This document shows positions 18,888 to 28,709 of a DNA stretch of 60,576 bases, one piece after another. Source of the DNA: a bacterium (GTDB taxonomy: Bacteria > Patescibacteriota > Microgenomatia > Daviesbacterales > UBA10151); the NCBI GenBank assembly GCA_021786105.1, contig JAJYNW010000016.1, forward strand, positions 1-60,576, given 5' to 3'. Each line of letters opens with the position of its first letter. Position 1 is the first letter of the stretch. The notes under the pieces were generated by a model. It was not told the DNA's origin, did no database searches, and saw nothing but the letters and a program-made list of their open reading frames with translations. Made by a program: the position numbers and the translations under genes.

Positions 18888-19606
18888 GGGGTGGGTTTGG
18901 ATTTGGTACCGCCGGTAGCAGGATGAACTGATGGGGTGGAGATTTGGGCAGAAGGAGTGGCTACTTTTTTGGGTTTTATTGTTCCGCCTTGGGGGATGAC
19001 ATAAGCAAATCTGGCATCAAAAATATTATTTTTATCTTCATTGCCGGTAAGGATCACAAAATTATTTAGTTTTACTTCAGATCGATCAGGCAGGGTGGTG
19101 GCTATATTTTTAAATTGATTATTCCTGAGTGTTACCAGTTGGTCTGAGATTGAAACAATCTGACCCCATAAATAAGTTTTGGGCTGATCTTTAGGTGCGG
19201 GCAGCAGAATAATCTCTTTGGCGGTTAAGACGCCGGTTTCATCGCTGTCTCCTAAGGCAGCAATGTAGTCTTCCAGAGCCATAGTTTTTTGGGAAAATTT
19301 GGTTTTAGACTTGACGTTACTGTCAAAAACAGTGTCCTGGTTAATACTGACTATTTTTGGTCCGGAGTCGGTTGCTACAGTTATAGAGGTATCTGACTTG
19401 GATTTAATCTTTCCTACATAAGCTTTGTCTTTTAATTTGCGGTCAATAATTTGTTTTAATTTTGCTGCCTTTGAGGCAATTTCTTCTTTTAGCTCCTCAA
19501 GTTTAGCTCGGATATCGGCAGAAGGACTACTCTCAGCAGCATATGCTATATACGGTGCATTAAGTAATATTATTGCCAGTAAAATAACTGTAACCTTTTT
19601 TATCAT
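18884..19606 (-). CDS. Secreted hypothetical protein, coiled coil plus OB-like (DUF5666-like) repeats
   Basis: Signal peptide; GKIKSKSDTSITV and GQIVSISDQLVTL repeats. Confidence 0.6.
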   Translation of the reverse strand: MIKKVTVILLAIILLNAPYIAYAAESSPSADIRAKLEELKEEIASKAAKLKQIIDRKLKDKAYVGKIKSKSDTSITVATDSGPKIVSINQDTVFDSNVKSKTKFSQKTMALEDYIAALGDSDETGVLTAKEIILLPAPKDQPKTYLWGQIVSISDQLVTLRNNQFKNIATTLPDRSEVKLNNFVILTGNEDKNNIFDARFAYVIPQGGTIKPKKVATPSAQISTPSVHPATGGTKSKPTP

Positions 19607-20058
19607 AGTTTTTCTTTGGAATAGTAGACTGTTCGTTTAATGGATTTGGAATCGCCGGTTGGGTCAAAAACTACCACCGTAATTTGATTAACTCCTTCAT
19701 CCAAATCTAACACAGTGGAAAAGGAGCCGTCCGGCTTTGATTGGATGATTGTATCGTTGATGTCGGTTGAGATTAATACATTAAGTTTGGGGGCGGTTTG
19801 ACCGGAAACAACTATTGAGGATTGGAATGTTAGGGAATTGTCATCAGGTTGATCTAAGTCCAGTTGAAGAGTTTTGGGTAGAGCGGTCACCGGTCCGTTT
19901 TCAAAAACTTTTGGAGGTTTTTGATACTGGATGTTGACGATGTAATAAAGCCCAGCCAGAAATGAAAGGCTGACGATTAATATCAATAACTGGGACAAAA
20001 TAAACTGTTTGGTGGATAATTTCTTCCGGAGTTGCATGGCTAGAATCAATTTTAACAT
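19603..20058 (-). CDS. Single-TM protein with Ig-like domain
   Basis: TM segment then VSGQTAP...DGSFS...LDEGVNQITV. Confidence 0.65.
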   Translation of the reverse strand: MLKLILAMQLRKKLSTKQFILSQLLILIVSLSFLAGLYYIVNIQYQKPPKVFENGPVTALPKTLQLDLDQPDDNSLTFQSSIVVSGQTAPKLNVLISTDINDTIIQSKPDGSFSTVLDLDEGVNQITVVVFDPTGDSKSIKRTVYYSKEKL

Positions 20059-20110
20059 ACCTGTCCCGATTTGAGGGATTGTTCGGTAATGAAGTTTTTG
20101 CTAATATCTT

Positions 20111-20779
20111 TTGGCGATGGATATTTACTGGTATGGACAAGCATGTTTTAAAATAAAAGGTAAAACTGCTACTGTCGTGATAGATCCACACGATCCTCAA
20201 TTTACCGGTCTCAAACTTCCCAAAGAAAAAGAGTTACAAGCAGATGTGGCATTGGTGACACATGATCATCAGGATCATAATTTTATTTCAGCGGTTACTA
20301 TGCCGGATGGCAGTAAACCAATGGTTTTTGATAAACCCGGAGAATACGAAGTAGCGGGGGCGGTTATTACCGGTATACGTTCTTTCCATGATAATTCTGA
20401 AGGGTCCGAAAGAGGGCTAAATACTATTTTCCATTTATTTATGGATAATTTGGATATTGTGCATTTGGGGGATTTGGGGCAAGGCAAACTAACCGAGGAG
20501 CAAGTTGCCGAAATTGGCCCAACTGATATTTTGCTTATTCCGGTGGGGGGCACATACACCATAAACTCTGAAATAGCTTCAAATATTGTTTCCCAGTTGG
20601 AACCAAAAATTATTATCCCAATGCATTACAAAATAGAAGGATTAAAGTTTGAACTTGATAGTGTTGACGGGTTTTTGAAGGAAATGGGAGCAGAAGGAGC
20701 CATCCTGCAACCCAAGCTTTCGATAACCAAAGAAAAACTGCCCGAAGAGCCACAGGTGGTGGTGTTAAGTAAGAGCTAG
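20111..20779 (+). CDS. MBL-fold metallo-hydrolase
   Basis: WYGQACF, THDHQDHN, HLGDLG, IPMHY. Confidence 0.9.
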   Translation: MAMDIYWYGQACFKIKGKTATVVIDPHDPQFTGLKLPKEKELQADVALVTHDHQDHNFISAVTMPDGSKPMVFDKPGEYEVAGAVITGIRSFHDNSEGSERGLNTIFHLFMDNLDIVHLGDLGQGKLTEEQVAEIGPTDILLIPVGGTYTINSEIASNIVSQLEPKIIIPMHYKIEGLKFELDSVDGFLKEMGAEGAILQPKLSITKEKLPEEPQVVVLSKS

Positions 20780-20920
20780 CTCGTCGGTGCGCAAAAAACC
20801 GCTCGCGCGTCCAAGTCGCTCGCTTGGAGTTTGTTTCGCGCCGGGTGGTGACTGGATCAGGAATTCTGCGGTGCGCTCAACTGCACTGCATTTTTTGACT
20901 GCACTCGACTTCGCTGCTCT
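20772..20920. repeat. Structured dispersed element, copy 1 (candidate ncRNA or MITE)
   Basis: Blocks 50/55 and 27/28 identical to 35869-36012; ends are self-complementary. Confidence 0.85.
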
Positions 20921-20932
20921 TTTAATAAAGAT

Positions 20933-22291
20933 ATGTCTAATGCAGTTAAACTTCCTCCGCAAAATATAGATGCAGAGCAGTCCCTTTTGGGCTCTCTTTT
21001 AATTGATAAAGATGCGATTGTCCGGATTTCCGAAATTTTGCACCCCCAAAACTTTTACCGTACTGACCAGCATGGTCCTATTTATGAAGCGATTCAGGCC
21101 TTGTTTGAGAGGCGTGAACCGATAGATTTGGTAACTGTTACCGAAGAGCTGAAAAGAAAAAATGCTTATGATAGAGTTGGCGGGTCTGCATATTTGGCTT
21201 CCCTGATCAATATTGTTCCCACCTCAGCCCACATCGAACATTATGCCAAGATTATTAAGGATCATGCTATAAGGAGAAGCTTAATTGCCCAAGCTACCTT
21301 ACTTGTTCAGCATGCTTATGATGAAGGGGAGCCGGTAGAGGAGCTATTGGAAAAGGCGGAAGCGGCGATATTTTCTTTATCCCAGGATCATGTCAGCCGG
21401 GATTTCCGGCCGATCAAAGATGCCTTAACCGAGAGTTTTGATAGATTAGATGAACTGCAAAAATCTTCCGGAAAATTACGGGGGGTGCCTACCGGTTTTC
21501 GGGATTTGGATTCCAAGCTGGCCGGTATGCAGAATTCGAATTTGATCATTTTAGCCTCCCGGCCAGGCCAGGGTAAAACTTCCATGGCTTTAAATATTGC
21601 CCAATATGTGGCCGTTACTGCCGGACTGCCAGTAGGGATGTTTTCTTTGGAAATGAGCCAGGAAGAGTTAGTGGACAGGTTGTTGGTTGGTCAGGCGGAT
21701 ATTGAAGCCTGGAAGCTAAAAACCGGCAGATTGGATGAGAAAGATTTTGACAAGTTGTCTTTGGCTATGGGGGAGCTGGCCGAGGCGCCAATTTATATTG
21801 ATGATACTCCGGGTATTAATATTTCCGAGATGCGGACAAAAGCCAGGAGGTTGCAAATTGAGCATGGTTTGAAACTCCTGATTGTGGATTACTTGCAGCT
21901 TGTTCATGGCCGGAGTTTAGACAACAGGGTGCAGGAAGTTTCGGAAATTTCCCAAAGCTTGAAAAATATCGCCCGGGAGTTAAAGATTCCAGTGTTGGCA
22001 ATTTCCCAATTGTCCCGGGCAGTTGAACAGCGGGGAACCAGAAAGCCGCAGTTGGCAGATCTACGGGAATCAGGGGCGATTGAACAGGATGCGGATGTGG
22101 TGATGTTTATTTACCGGGAAGACCCGGAGCATATTGAGCAGGTGACTTTGGATATCCAAAAACACCGGAACGGTCCGGTGGGAGAAATACCGCTAATGTT
22201 TCGGGCTGACCGGACCAAGTTTTACGGCATGGAAAAAACCAGAGGCAGACCGGTGGAAAAAACTGGTAAAGAATCCGCCGCAGCTGCATGA
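20933..22291 (+). CDS. dnaB: Replicative DNA helicase
   Basis: PPQNIDAEQ, ASRPGQGKT, VDYLQL, LRESGAIEQDAD; no intein. Confidence 0.98.
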   Translation: MSNAVKLPPQNIDAEQSLLGSLLIDKDAIVRISEILHPQNFYRTDQHGPIYEAIQALFERREPIDLVTVTEELKRKNAYDRVGGSAYLASLINIVPTSAHIEHYAKIIKDHAIRRSLIAQATLLVQHAYDEGEPVEELLEKAEAAIFSLSQDHVSRDFRPIKDALTESFDRLDELQKSSGKLRGVPTGFRDLDSKLAGMQNSNLIILASRPGQGKTSMALNIAQYVAVTAGLPVGMFSLEMSQEELVDRLLVGQADIEAWKLKTGRLDEKDFDKLSLAMGELAEAPIYIDDTPGINISEMRTKARRLQIEHGLKLLIVDYLQLVHGRSLDNRVQEVSEISQSLKNIARELKIPVLAISQLSRAVEQRGTRKPQLADLRESGAIEQDADVVMFIYREDPEHIEQVTLDIQKHRNGPVGEIPLMFRADRTKFYGMEKTRGRPVEKTGKESAAAA

Positions 22292-22306
22292 TGTTTTGAT
22301 GCATCA

Positions 22307-22558
22307 TTAATTATAGATATTAGCTCGGTGGCCAGCGGCGAGAATATGTATTATTTTGTCTTCCTTGTTAACTTTGTAGATGATCCTATAAATTCCGATT
22401 CGATAAGAATATCTATTGGTTAATTCTCTGGATAAGGATTTTCCAACTAAGGGATTTTCCTTAATTTCTTCTAAAGCCAGTCCGATTGCTGATTGATGAA
22501 GCTTTTTAATTTTTCCGAGCTCTTTTTTGGCCTTAGCGGTTAATTTAATCTTATACAT
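22307..22558 (-). CDS. RelE/ParE family toxin
   Basis: 83 aa, YSYRIGIYRIIYKV; overlaps the antitoxin. Confidence 0.9.
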   Translation of the reverse strand: MYKIKLTAKAKKELGKIKKLHQSAIGLALEEIKENPLVGKSLSRELTNRYSYRIGIYRIIYKVNKEDKIIHILAAGHRANIYN

Positions 22559-22826
22559 TTATTCCGAGCTCTTTTTTAACCTCTTCCCAGTCATATACTT
22601 TACCTTCTTCAATATCTTTCTCTCCTTGTCTGATAGCTTTCATCAACTTCTCGTCAGCTAAGATCTCATTGGTTTCTTTCCATGACTCATATTCATCCAC
22701 AGACATCAAAACGGCGGCAGGCTTGCCGTTAACAGTAATAATATATTCATCCCAGATTTTATTGGCTTTATCAACTAGATTGGTTAATTTCTCTCTTGCT
22801 TCAGTAATAGGTAAAGTTTTAACCAT
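22551..22826 (-). CDS. Phd/YefM family antitoxin
   Basis: ITEAREKL, IITVNGKPAAVLMS. Confidence 0.92.
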   Translation of the reverse strand: MVKTLPITEAREKLTNLVDKANKIWDEYIITVNGKPAAVLMSVDEYESWKETNEILADEKLMKAIRQGEKDIEEGKVYDWEEVKKELGINV

Positions 22827-22835
22827 AATACGCTT

Positions 22836-22864
22836 ATCTTACAGAATTATGTACAGATTGTCAA
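22836..22864 (-). promoter_or_regulatory. TA operon promoter with TGTACA palindrome in the spacer
   Basis: TTGACA-N17-TAAGAT; tgtaca at 22850-22855. Confidence 0.7.
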
Positions 22865-23574
22865 TCCTGAATTAGTTTATACAATTTATCCCCAAGCTCA
22901 AAAAATTGTTCTGATCTTCTGTTTCTAGGTCTTTGTAAATTAACCTCCGTTACCTCTTTCAGGTTGCCATCTTTCATGATCCCAATTCTGTCTGCCAATA
23001 ATATGGCTTCTTCCAACAGGTGGGAAACCATGATGATAGTAATCTTGGTATCCTGCCAGATTTTCAAAAGGTCTTGGTGAAGCTCTTCAGTGGTTAGAGG
23101 ATCCAGGGCGGAGAAGGGTTCGTCAAGAAGTAGCACTTCCGGTTTGACAGCCAAAGCCCGGGCAATTCCCACCCGTTGTCTTTGCCCGCCGGATAACTGC
23201 CGGGGATATTTGTAATTAAAGCCAACTAGATTAACCATTCGTAAATATTCTGCAACTTGGCTTTCTATTAAATGTTTGGGGGTGTTGGCCATTTTCAAAC
23301 CAAAAGTTACATTTTCTTTTACAGTCAGCCAGGGCAGTAAGGCTCCAGATTGGAAAACCATGGAGATATTGCTGGGTTTGGTGATGTTGCCGGAGGTTGG
23401 TGTTTCGATACCGGCGATCATTTTTAGCAGAGTTGATTTGCCACAGCCCGAAGGACCAATCAGACAAAAAAATTCTCCCTGGCTAACTTTTAGGTTGACA
23501 TTTTGCACCACCCATTTGTCTGGAGTGCCGGGATATTTTTTACTGATATTGTCTAAAGTTACAACATGATTCAT
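22861..23574 (-). CDS. ABC transporter ATPase, nitrate/sulfonate (TauB/SsuB-like)
   Basis: GPSGCGKS, LSGGQ, LLLDEPF. Confidence 0.93.
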   Translation of the reverse strand: MNHVVTLDNISKKYPGTPDKWVVQNVNLKVSQGEFFCLIGPSGCGKSTLLKMIAGIETPTSGNITKPSNISMVFQSGALLPWLTVKENVTFGLKMANTPKHLIESQVAEYLRMVNLVGFNYKYPRQLSGGQRQRVGIARALAVKPEVLLLDEPFSALDPLTTEELHQDLLKIWQDTKITIIMVSHLLEEAILLADRIGIMKDGNLKEVTEVNLQRPRNRRSEQFFELGDKLYKLIQD

Positions 23575-23588
23575 TTTAGTATTTTTCC

Positions 23589-23702
23589 GTCATTCCTGCG
23601 AAAGCAGGAATCCAATTATCCGAACATAGTGAGGATAATAGTCCACGTCTATTAACCATTTAAGCTTGTGTTTAATTGGATCCCGACATTCGTCGGGATG
23701 AC
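23589..23702. repeat. GTCAT...ATGAC dimeric palindromic repeat, intergenic within the ABC operon
   Basis: gtcattcctgcgaaagcaggaatcca ... tggatcccgacattcgtcgggatgac. Confidence 0.88.
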
Positions 23703-23710
23703 ACTTTGTG

Positions 23711-24529
23711 TCAGTCAAATTTGTACCTTTCTACAAAATGCAACAGTTTTTGCCAGATGAAGAAATTTAATAGGGTAATTAAAATCACCATCACTAAAAT
23801 AGAAGCTAAAAAGATGGAATTTTTGCCTTGGTATGAAGCCTGGACCAACAAACTACCCAGACCAAATAAATCATAAAAGCTGGTGCCGCCGGGAATATAG
23901 TTATGCAGCACTTCTGCCACAATGATGACATTCCAGCCCTGGGCCCAGGCTAGCAGCGATCCGGTAATAATATAGGGAAAGATAGCCGGTAAAGTAATGT
24001 TAAAAAGCTTCTTCCATCCAGTGGCTTTAAAAACAAATGCTGCTGATTCAATATCCTGCGGAATAGTTTTCAGCCCGCCGATCATACTAAAAACTAAATT
24101 CCAAAGCATGGACAAAAAAATGATAAAAACAGCTGCCCCATCAAAGAAGTTAGCCTTGATAAAAACCAAGACAATGATAGGGAAGAAAGCCAAGGCCGGA
24201 ATGGACTGCAAAATATCAAAAAAAGGCAACAGGACTTTTTCCACTTTAGGCTTGCTGGTGATTAACAAGGCAAGGGGTATAGATGTTACTAATGCCAGGA
24301 TATACGCCCAAGTTAAGCGGTAAAAAGTGACAAAAGTTGCCTCCAGCAAATCCAGGGCTGAGATTTGGTCTAAATTGATTAAAGGTTTGGTGGGGGTAAT
24401 AAACCTAAAGGCAAAAAATAGCAGCAAAAACAATACAAACAGAACTACCAAAACAGATAGGAAATGTCTTTTTAAGGAGGTAGTGTAGGAAAAATGATAA
24501 TGGTGGTGATAATGCCGGACAGCCGCCAT
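23711..24529 (-). CDS. ABC transporter permease (TauC/SsuC-like)
   Basis: LQSIPALAFFP, TLPAIFPYIITG, multiple TMs. Confidence 0.9.
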   Translation of the reverse strand: MAAVRHYHHHYHFSYTTSLKRHFLSVLVVLFVLFLLLFFAFRFITPTKPLINLDQISALDLLEATFVTFYRLTWAYILALVTSIPLALLITSKPKVEKVLLPFFDILQSIPALAFFPIIVLVFIKANFFDGAAVFIIFLSMLWNLVFSMIGGLKTIPQDIESAAFVFKATGWKKLFNITLPAIFPYIITGSLLAWAQGWNVIIVAEVLHNYIPGGTSFYDLFGLGSLLVQASYQGKNSIFLASILVMVILITLLNFFIWQKLLHFVERYKFD

Positions 24530-24533
24530 GATC

Positions 24534-25115
24534 TTAGCTTATCATATTTAACTTTTGAATTTTGGCTTTAAATTCCTCCAAGGTGCCGTTGTTTTCGATC
24601 TTAATGTCGGCTTTTTTGGAAATTTGGGGAATGTCTTTTTCTGCTTTGGATTTTTCTTCTTTTAAAAATTGCTCAAAGGTCAGCCCAACTTCGCCGACTT
24701 TTTCACTTCTGGTCTTTAACCTTTGGTATCTTAATTTTTGGCCGGCGGTAATATAAATTAGAGTACTGTTTTTAAAGCTTCGAACTAATCTGGCTTCAGC
24801 TTCACGTCTGACTCCGTCAAAAATCACAATGTCAGCAGTATCGCCTTCAACGGAAAACTTGGCCGCTTTAGCCAAAGCTGTCTGGCCAAAAGTTTCACTC
24901 ATCATTAAGGCCAACTTTTGTAAATTGGCTCTGGTGATGGGAATATCCCACATAATTAAAGTTTCGGCCAAAATATCGGAAAACCTTACCTGCCTAATTT
25001 TTAATACCTCCCCTTTGTCATTGCGAGGACTGTAGGACGAAGCAATCTGTTTTATAAAATTGACAAAGGTTTGCTTGCCGGATCCTTTTTCGCCCACTAA
25101 ACCAAAAATTTGCAT
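24534..25115 (-). CDS. P-loop NMP kinase / dephospho-CoA kinase-like protein
   Basis: GLVGEKGSGK, FDGVRR, ADIKIENNGTLEEF; contains a repeat-derived insertion. Confidence 0.75.
   Translation of the reverse strand: MQIFGLVGEKGSGKQTFVNFIKQIASSYSPRNDKGEVLKIRQVRFSDILAETLIMWDIPITRANLQKLALMMSETFGQTALAKAAKFSVEGDTADIVIFDGVRREAEARLVRSFKNSTLIYITAGQKLRYQRLKTRSEKVGEVGLTFEQFLKEEKSKAEKDIPQISKKADIKIENNGTLEEFKAKIQKLNMIS
25017..25048. repeat. Half GTCAT-family repeat in frame in the kinase gene
   Basis: gtcattgcgaggactgtaggacgaagcaatct; its reverse complement is 31/32 identical to 34196-34227. Confidence 0.88.
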
Positions 25116-25352
25116 GCATTGTTTTTAACAGATTTTTGGCCGGGGAGTCAATCAGAAGATATTATGAAGAGTTTTTAACCTTTTGATAATGAACATGGCA
25201 ATAAACAAAGCCCAGACGGTAATGGAGTTAGACCGGATATAAGCCGGCAGCAAAAATATCCTTAATAAATAACGCATGAGAAGTAATTTTAAAAGTTACT
25301 TTTAAGAAGCAAGTTAATTTTTGGTAAGAAGTTGGGAAGCAAGAAACTCACT

Positions 25353-26618
25353 TCATTGCTCAGCTAAGGCCACTGTTGGTTGGAGGGATTCGGCATGCTT
25401 TTGCAGGCGGTATTTGTGCAAATAATAAGCTCCGATACCATAAAGGAAAATTAAAACGGTAAATACCCGGATAGCCATTTGCGGGCCAAAAACCGAGGAG
25501 ATCGAGCCAATTAGAATATTACCGATAGGTGATAGTCCAATAAACATTAAAGAGTAAATACTGGACACCCGGCCCCGGAAATCTTCATGGACCAGTTTTT
25601 GAATGGTGGTGTAAACAGATGAAAACTGGATAGTTAGCCCCAGTCCGGCAAAGAAAAGCAAGATGGATGCCAAATAAATGTTGGCGGCAAAAGAGAAGGC
25701 AAAGGTGGCCGCCATAAACAGGGCACTGCCGATCATAATAAATTTCTTGGCTTTGGCTTTTTTATACCGGGAGGAAATTATTAAAGAACCCACCAGTGCT
25801 CCCACTCCGGTAGAGGAAAGCAAAAATCCCAAAGTTTGAGCGTTGCCCGAGAAAACTTTGGCTACCAGAACCGGCATCATGGTGGCTTGGGAAAAACAAA
25901 GAATGGCCCCCATGCCGGCGGTCAAAAGCAATAAACTGATGGAAGGATGAGAGGAGGCATAAGCAATGCCTTCTTTTATGGCCTTGAGAGGTTTGTCCTT
26001 TTTGCGGTTGATTAAAGGATTGACTTCAATTAAACATAAGCTGATTAAAATAGCTAGGAAGCTTAAGGCGTTAATTAAAAAGATATTACCCATTCCCGCC
26101 AAGGCAATTAAAAATCCAGCTGCAGCCGGGCCGACCACCCGGCCGGTATTGAATATGGCTGAATTCAAGCCAATGGCTGAATGTAAATCGTCTTTCTGGA
26201 TAATATCTATCAAAAATGCCTGCGAAGCCGGGCCGTCCAAAGAATCGGTGATGCCGGAGAGTAAAGTAATCAACATTAATATAGGCAGAGTAATAGTGTG
26301 GGTGATGACTAATATGCCCAGGGTGGCGGCCAATATTAGGGAGCTGGTTTGGGTGCAAATTAAGATTTTCTTTCTGTTTAATTTGTCCACTAAGAATCCG
26401 CCAAAAAGGGAGAAAAACAAAACAGGTGAAGCTGACAGGGCAGAAATTGCCCCCAACCAAAAGGCAGAATGGGTCAGTTGATAGACCAGCCAGCCATAGG
26501 CTACCCCATGCAGCCAGGAACCGGTATAAGATATAAGTTGCCCCGTGAAATATAACCTGTAGTTTCTATATTTGAACGCGGGAAATGTTTTTTGTAATTT
26601 CTCGAGCAGTTTTAGCAT
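25353..26618 (-). CDS. MFS transporter (transmembrane secretion effector/H+ antiporter-like)
   Basis: About 12 TMs, YRNYRLYFTGQLIS, GFLVDKLNRKK; start could also be 26642. Confidence 0.9.
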   Translation of the reverse strand: MLKLLEKLQKTFPAFKYRNYRLYFTGQLISYTGSWLHGVAYGWLVYQLTHSAFWLGAISALSASPVLFFSLFGGFLVDKLNRKKILICTQTSSLILAATLGILVITHTITLPILMLITLLSGITDSLDGPASQAFLIDIIQKDDLHSAIGLNSAIFNTGRVVGPAAAGFLIALAGMGNIFLINALSFLAILISLCLIEVNPLINRKKDKPLKAIKEGIAYASSHPSISLLLLTAGMGAILCFSQATMMPVLVAKVFSGNAQTLGFLLSSTGVGALVGSLIISSRYKKAKAKKFIMIGSALFMAATFAFSFAANIYLASILLFFAGLGLTIQFSSVYTTIQKLVHEDFRGRVSSIYSLMFIGLSPIGNILIGSISSVFGPQMAIRVFTVLIFLYGIGAYYLHKYRLQKHAESLQPTVALAEQ

Positions 26619-26763
26619 CACTAAAGGGGCCGATGTTAGCACAATATGAAGTTGATGTAAAGGCTTTTCTTTCCTTCTTCTTACACTTTTCTAATATTCC
26701 TTTTATCCGGGGTGCCTATGATGGATTTAAGCGGTGGAATTTTGAAATTCCATCGTATTATTT

Positions 26764-27774
26764 ATGAAGATTGCAGTTTTTCGGGCACTGAAATTGGGAG
26801 ATTTACTATGTTGCGTTCCGGCTTTAAGGAGTTTGAGAAGGGCTTATCCTAAGGCGGAAATTACACTGATTGGTTTGCCATGGGCAAAAGATTTTGCCTT
26901 AAGGTTTAACCACTTGATTGATAAATTTGTGGAATTTCCAGGCTATCCGGGTTTGAGAGAAAGTGCCGGTAATTTACGGGGGATTGTAAAGTTTGTGACC
27001 CAAATGCAGGAAGAAAATTTCGATTTGGTGATACAAATGCACGGTAACGGGAAGGTGACTAATTCCTTAATCAGAAGTTTAAGACCGCAGTTAGAAGCCG
27101 GCTATTGGAAAGGAGAGGTCTGTCCGAATCCCCAAACTTTTATGCGGTATGTGGATAACCAGCATGAAATTAAAAGACACTTAATGCTGATGAAATTTTT
27201 GGGGATAGAGCCTCAGGGTGCTGATCTGGAATTTCCCATTAAACCTAGTGAAAAACGGCAGTTTCAGGAAAACATTGATCAATGGAAGCTGGAAACCGGA
27301 AATTTTGTAGTTATTCATTCCGGTGCTTATGCGAAGCGAAGACGATGGCCGGCCCAAAGGTTTGCCCAAGTGGCTGATTATTTAGCCGGCTTAGGCTACC
27401 AAATTGTTTTAACCGGAGTTGAAGAAGAAAAAGAGATTATTTCAGCGGTTTTGAAGGAGATGCTTCATCCGGCAGTTAACCTGGCGGGGAAGACTGATTT
27501 GGGGCAATTGGGAATGATTATTAAAAATGCCCGGGTTTTGGTTTCAAACGATACCGGTGTTTCTCACCTGGCCGCAGCTGTTAAAACCCCCAGCGTGATT
27601 ATTTCCTATTTAAAAAACCCTAACCTTTGGGCTCCGCTTAACCAGGATCTTCACAGAGTTCTGCAGGCTAAGGAAGCAGAAGATATAAGCCAGGTCTTTA
27701 TGGAGCTCGATTTGCTGCTCAATATCCACTGGAGAAGAGGAATAGCTGGTTTCCCAAGAATACTCAGTGTATGA
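26764..27774 (+). CDS. Glycosyltransferase family 9 (heptosyltransferase-like)
   Basis: KLGDLL, RRWPAQRFAQVA, VSNDTGVSHLAAA. Confidence 0.92.
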   Translation: MKIAVFRALKLGDLLCCVPALRSLRRAYPKAEITLIGLPWAKDFALRFNHLIDKFVEFPGYPGLRESAGNLRGIVKFVTQMQEENFDLVIQMHGNGKVTNSLIRSLRPQLEAGYWKGEVCPNPQTFMRYVDNQHEIKRHLMLMKFLGIEPQGADLEFPIKPSEKRQFQENIDQWKLETGNFVVIHSGAYAKRRRWPAQRFAQVADYLAGLGYQIVLTGVEEEKEIISAVLKEMLHPAVNLAGKTDLGQLGMIIKNARVLVSNDTGVSHLAAAVKTPSVIISYLKNPNLWAPLNQDLHRVLQAKEAEDISQVFMELDLLLNIHWRRGIAGFPRILSV

Positions 27775-28709
27775 GGAGAATATTAACCTGGCATGTCCAC
27801 GGGAATTATTTATATTATTTAACCCGAGTTAAATCCTGCGATTTTTATATCCCGTTTAAAAAAAGCGGTGGATTGGGGTATGAGGCTATCGGATCAGGAT
27901 TCCCTTGGGGAAAAAATGTTCACCAGGTGCCGGCAGAAGAGATTAAGAGGCTTGGGCTGGATTTAATCCTTTTCCAGTCCAGCTATCCGGAGAATAAAAT
28001 TTACTTACAGGATCAGTTTGAGATTTTATCAAAGGATCAATTAACTCTGCCAAAAGTTTATCTGGAACATGAGCCTCCCAGGGATTTGCCAACTGATACC
28101 AAACATATAACTGCCAGCTCAGATACCTTCTTGGTGCATGTGACTCATTTTAATAATTTGATGTGGGATAGCGGACAAACCGCTACCAGGGTGATTGAGC
28201 ATGGTGTGGTGGCGCCTGAAATACCTTACATTGGCGACCTGCCAAAAGGGGCGGTGGTAATTAATAATTTGGACAAAAGAGGTAGAAGATTGGGCCGGGA
28301 TGTTTTTGAAAGGGTGAAGAAGGAAGTGCCTTTGGATTTAATCGGCATTGATTCGGAAAACTTAGGCGGTTTAGGCGAAATACCGCATCAAGAATTACTT
28401 AAAGCTTTATCTCGTTACCGGTTTTTGTTTAATCCGGCTCGCTATACCTCGCTGGGGTTGGCAATTTGTGAGGCAATGATGATTGGTCTGCCGGTGGTTG
28501 GTTTGGCTACGACGGAAATGGTTACCGTAGTTCAAAGTGGAATCTCAGGCTTTTTGGATACGAATATCGAGGCTTTAATTCCCCAGATGAAACTATTGAT
28601 TAATGATCAAAATTTGGCCCGGCAAATGGGAAAAGAAAGCCGGCAAATTGCCCAGAAAAGATTCGACATTCAGAGGTTTGTCAAAGACTGGGAGGAGGTA
28701 CTGGGATGA
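27771..28709 (+). CDS. GT-B glycosyltransferase (GT4-like)
   Basis: LGLAICEAMMIGLPVV, SGISGF. Confidence 0.85.
   Translation: MRRILTWHVHGNYLYYLTRVKSCDFYIPFKKSGGLGYEAIGSGFPWGKNVHQVPAEEIKRLGLDLILFQSSYPENKIYLQDQFEILSKDQLTLPKVYLEHEPPRDLPTDTKHITASSDTFLVHVTHFNNLMWDSGQTATRVIEHGVVAPEIPYIGDLPKGAVVINNLDKRGRRLGRDVFERVKKEVPLDLIGIDSENLGGLGEIPHQELLKALSRYRFLFNPARYTSLGLAICEAMMIGLPVVGLATTEMVTVVQSGISGFLDTNIEALIPQMKLLINDQNLARQMGKESRQIAQKRFDIQRFVKDWEEVLG

Noticed and set aside
18905-18925. cctgctaccggcgg (PATGG) as another in-frame REP
   Set aside because: Single short imperfect copy in a low-complexity tail; not enough support.
20765-20969. 60-65 aa ORFs on both strands between the MBL gene and dnaB
   Set aside because: They only span the structured repeat; the second copy at 35869 does not keep an equivalent ORF.
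20933-22291. Intein in DnaB
   Set aside because: 452 aa with contiguous motifs and no insertion.
25152-25277. 41-aa hydrophobic minus-strand ORF between the MFS and kinase genes
   Set aside because: No clear SD or well-placed -10 and no recognisable motif; cannot be told from a chance ORF.
25966-26481. Long shadow ORFs opposite real genes (also 13997, 28670, 39341 and others)
   Set aside because: Antisense to well-supported CDSs, with no motifs or start signals.
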